The notes under the pieces: model-generated
The model's input: the letters and a program-made list of their open reading frames with translations, nothing else
The model's database searches: none
What the model was told of the DNA's origin: nothing
NCBI GenBank assembly: GCA_038246695.1
Contig: JBBRVR010000001.1
Span: 41,553-105,552, forward strand
Source: Sphingomonadales bacterium
GTDB lineage: Bacteria > Pseudomonadota > Alphaproteobacteria > Sphingomonadales > Sphingomonadaceae
Length of the DNA: 64,000 bases
Direction of reading: 5' to 3'
Shown here: one piece after another, positions 63,625 to 64,000 of the stretch
Layout of the letters: the number at the start of each line of letters is the position of its first letter
Numbering within the stretch: the stretch's first letter is position 1
Program-made: the position numbers and the translations under genes

Positions 63625-64000
63625 TCACAGGCCGAATTTCTCGCGCGGGCTATCCGGATCGCTCCATCCTTCAAGCGCCTGTTTGAGCGTGGCGAGATCC
63701 CTTGGCAGTTGAATTTCCAGCGTGACCAACTGATCTCCGCGCGCGGGCTTTTCACCCGATCCGACCGATCCAGCCTTCGTCCAGCCCTTGCCCGCCAGCC
63801 GCATTACTGTGCCGCCGTTCGTGCCCGGCTTGATCGTCAGCATCACCGGGCCATCGACGGTGGGGCATTTGACGGGCCCGCCGCGCAGCGCCTCATCCAG
63901 AGTGATCGGCAATTCCATGCGCACATTGCTGCCATCGCGGCGAAAGAACGGGTGCGGACCGATTTCAACGAGCACGATGCCATCGCCATTGCCGCCCGGC
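63625..64000 (-). CDS. DnaJ C-terminal-domain protein (CbpA/DnaJ-like co-chaperone), N-terminus outside window
   Basis: The sequence ...GNGDGIVLVEIGPHPFFRRDGSNVRMELPITLDEALRGGPVKCPTVDGPVMLTIKPGTNGGTVMRLAGKGW shows DnaJ CTD I/II topology. The frame stays open to the window edge. Confidence 0.7.
   Translation of the reverse strand, partial: PGGNGDGIVLVEIGPHPFFRRDGSNVRMELPITLDEALRGGPVKCPTVDGPVMLTIKPGTNGGTVMRLAGKGWTKAGSVGSGEKPARGDQLVTLEIQLPRDLATLKQALEGWSDPDSPREKFGL

Noticed and set aside
1-64000. A search by eye for tRNA/rRNA genes, CRISPR arrays, transposases, integrases, toxin-antitoxin pairs and known defence-system genes.
   Set aside because: None were found. The only repeats are short local tandem duplications, and all large ORFs are accounted for by housekeeping or polysaccharide functions.

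Overview
This is a high-GC alphaproteobacterial chromosome segment. The gene content and order (clpA, DUF1192, DUF1013/TrcR-like, bactofilin plus M23 peptidase, proA-nadD-rsfS-rlmH, envC-like-ctpA, dsbB, coq7, fabI, yihY) look Sphingomonadales-like, but that is inference only. Positions 1-18.4 kb and 61.6-64 kb are housekeeping genes. Positions 18.4-61.6 kb form one large surface-polysaccharide locus, mostly on the minus strand, with many ATGA/GTGA stop-start overlaps. It encodes Wza/Wzc export, a Wzx flippase, two Wzy/O-antigen-ligase-type membrane proteins and a WbaP-type initiating phosphotransferase. It also encodes a complete pseudaminic acid pathway (pseB-C-F-G-H-I) and two divergent WbpG/PseA-type PP-loop amidotransferases bracketing one HisH/HisF pair. 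Further genes are a WbpB/WbpE/GNAT-like amino-sugar trio, a GDP-mannose 3,5-epimerase homologue, an FkbM methyltransferase, a PhyH-like dioxygenase and an unusually large set of acyl/acetyl-transferases. I recognise no classical GT2/GT4 glycosyltransferase inside the locus. I saw no tRNA, rRNA, CRISPR array, transposase or integrase. Nucleotide-level oddities are listed below. (1) A roughly 250-nt hairpin-dense insert lies between rsfS and rlmH. (2) rlmH has ATT at the position where Met1 is expected. (3) A GST gene is split by one in-frame TAG. (4) Three short tandem duplications sit exactly on gene boundaries (36 bp at the fadD stop, 14 bp at the pseC stop, 15 bp forming a repetitive uORF that abuts the yihY start). 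All calls come from reading the supplied ORF translations and the DNA by eye; no database search was run.
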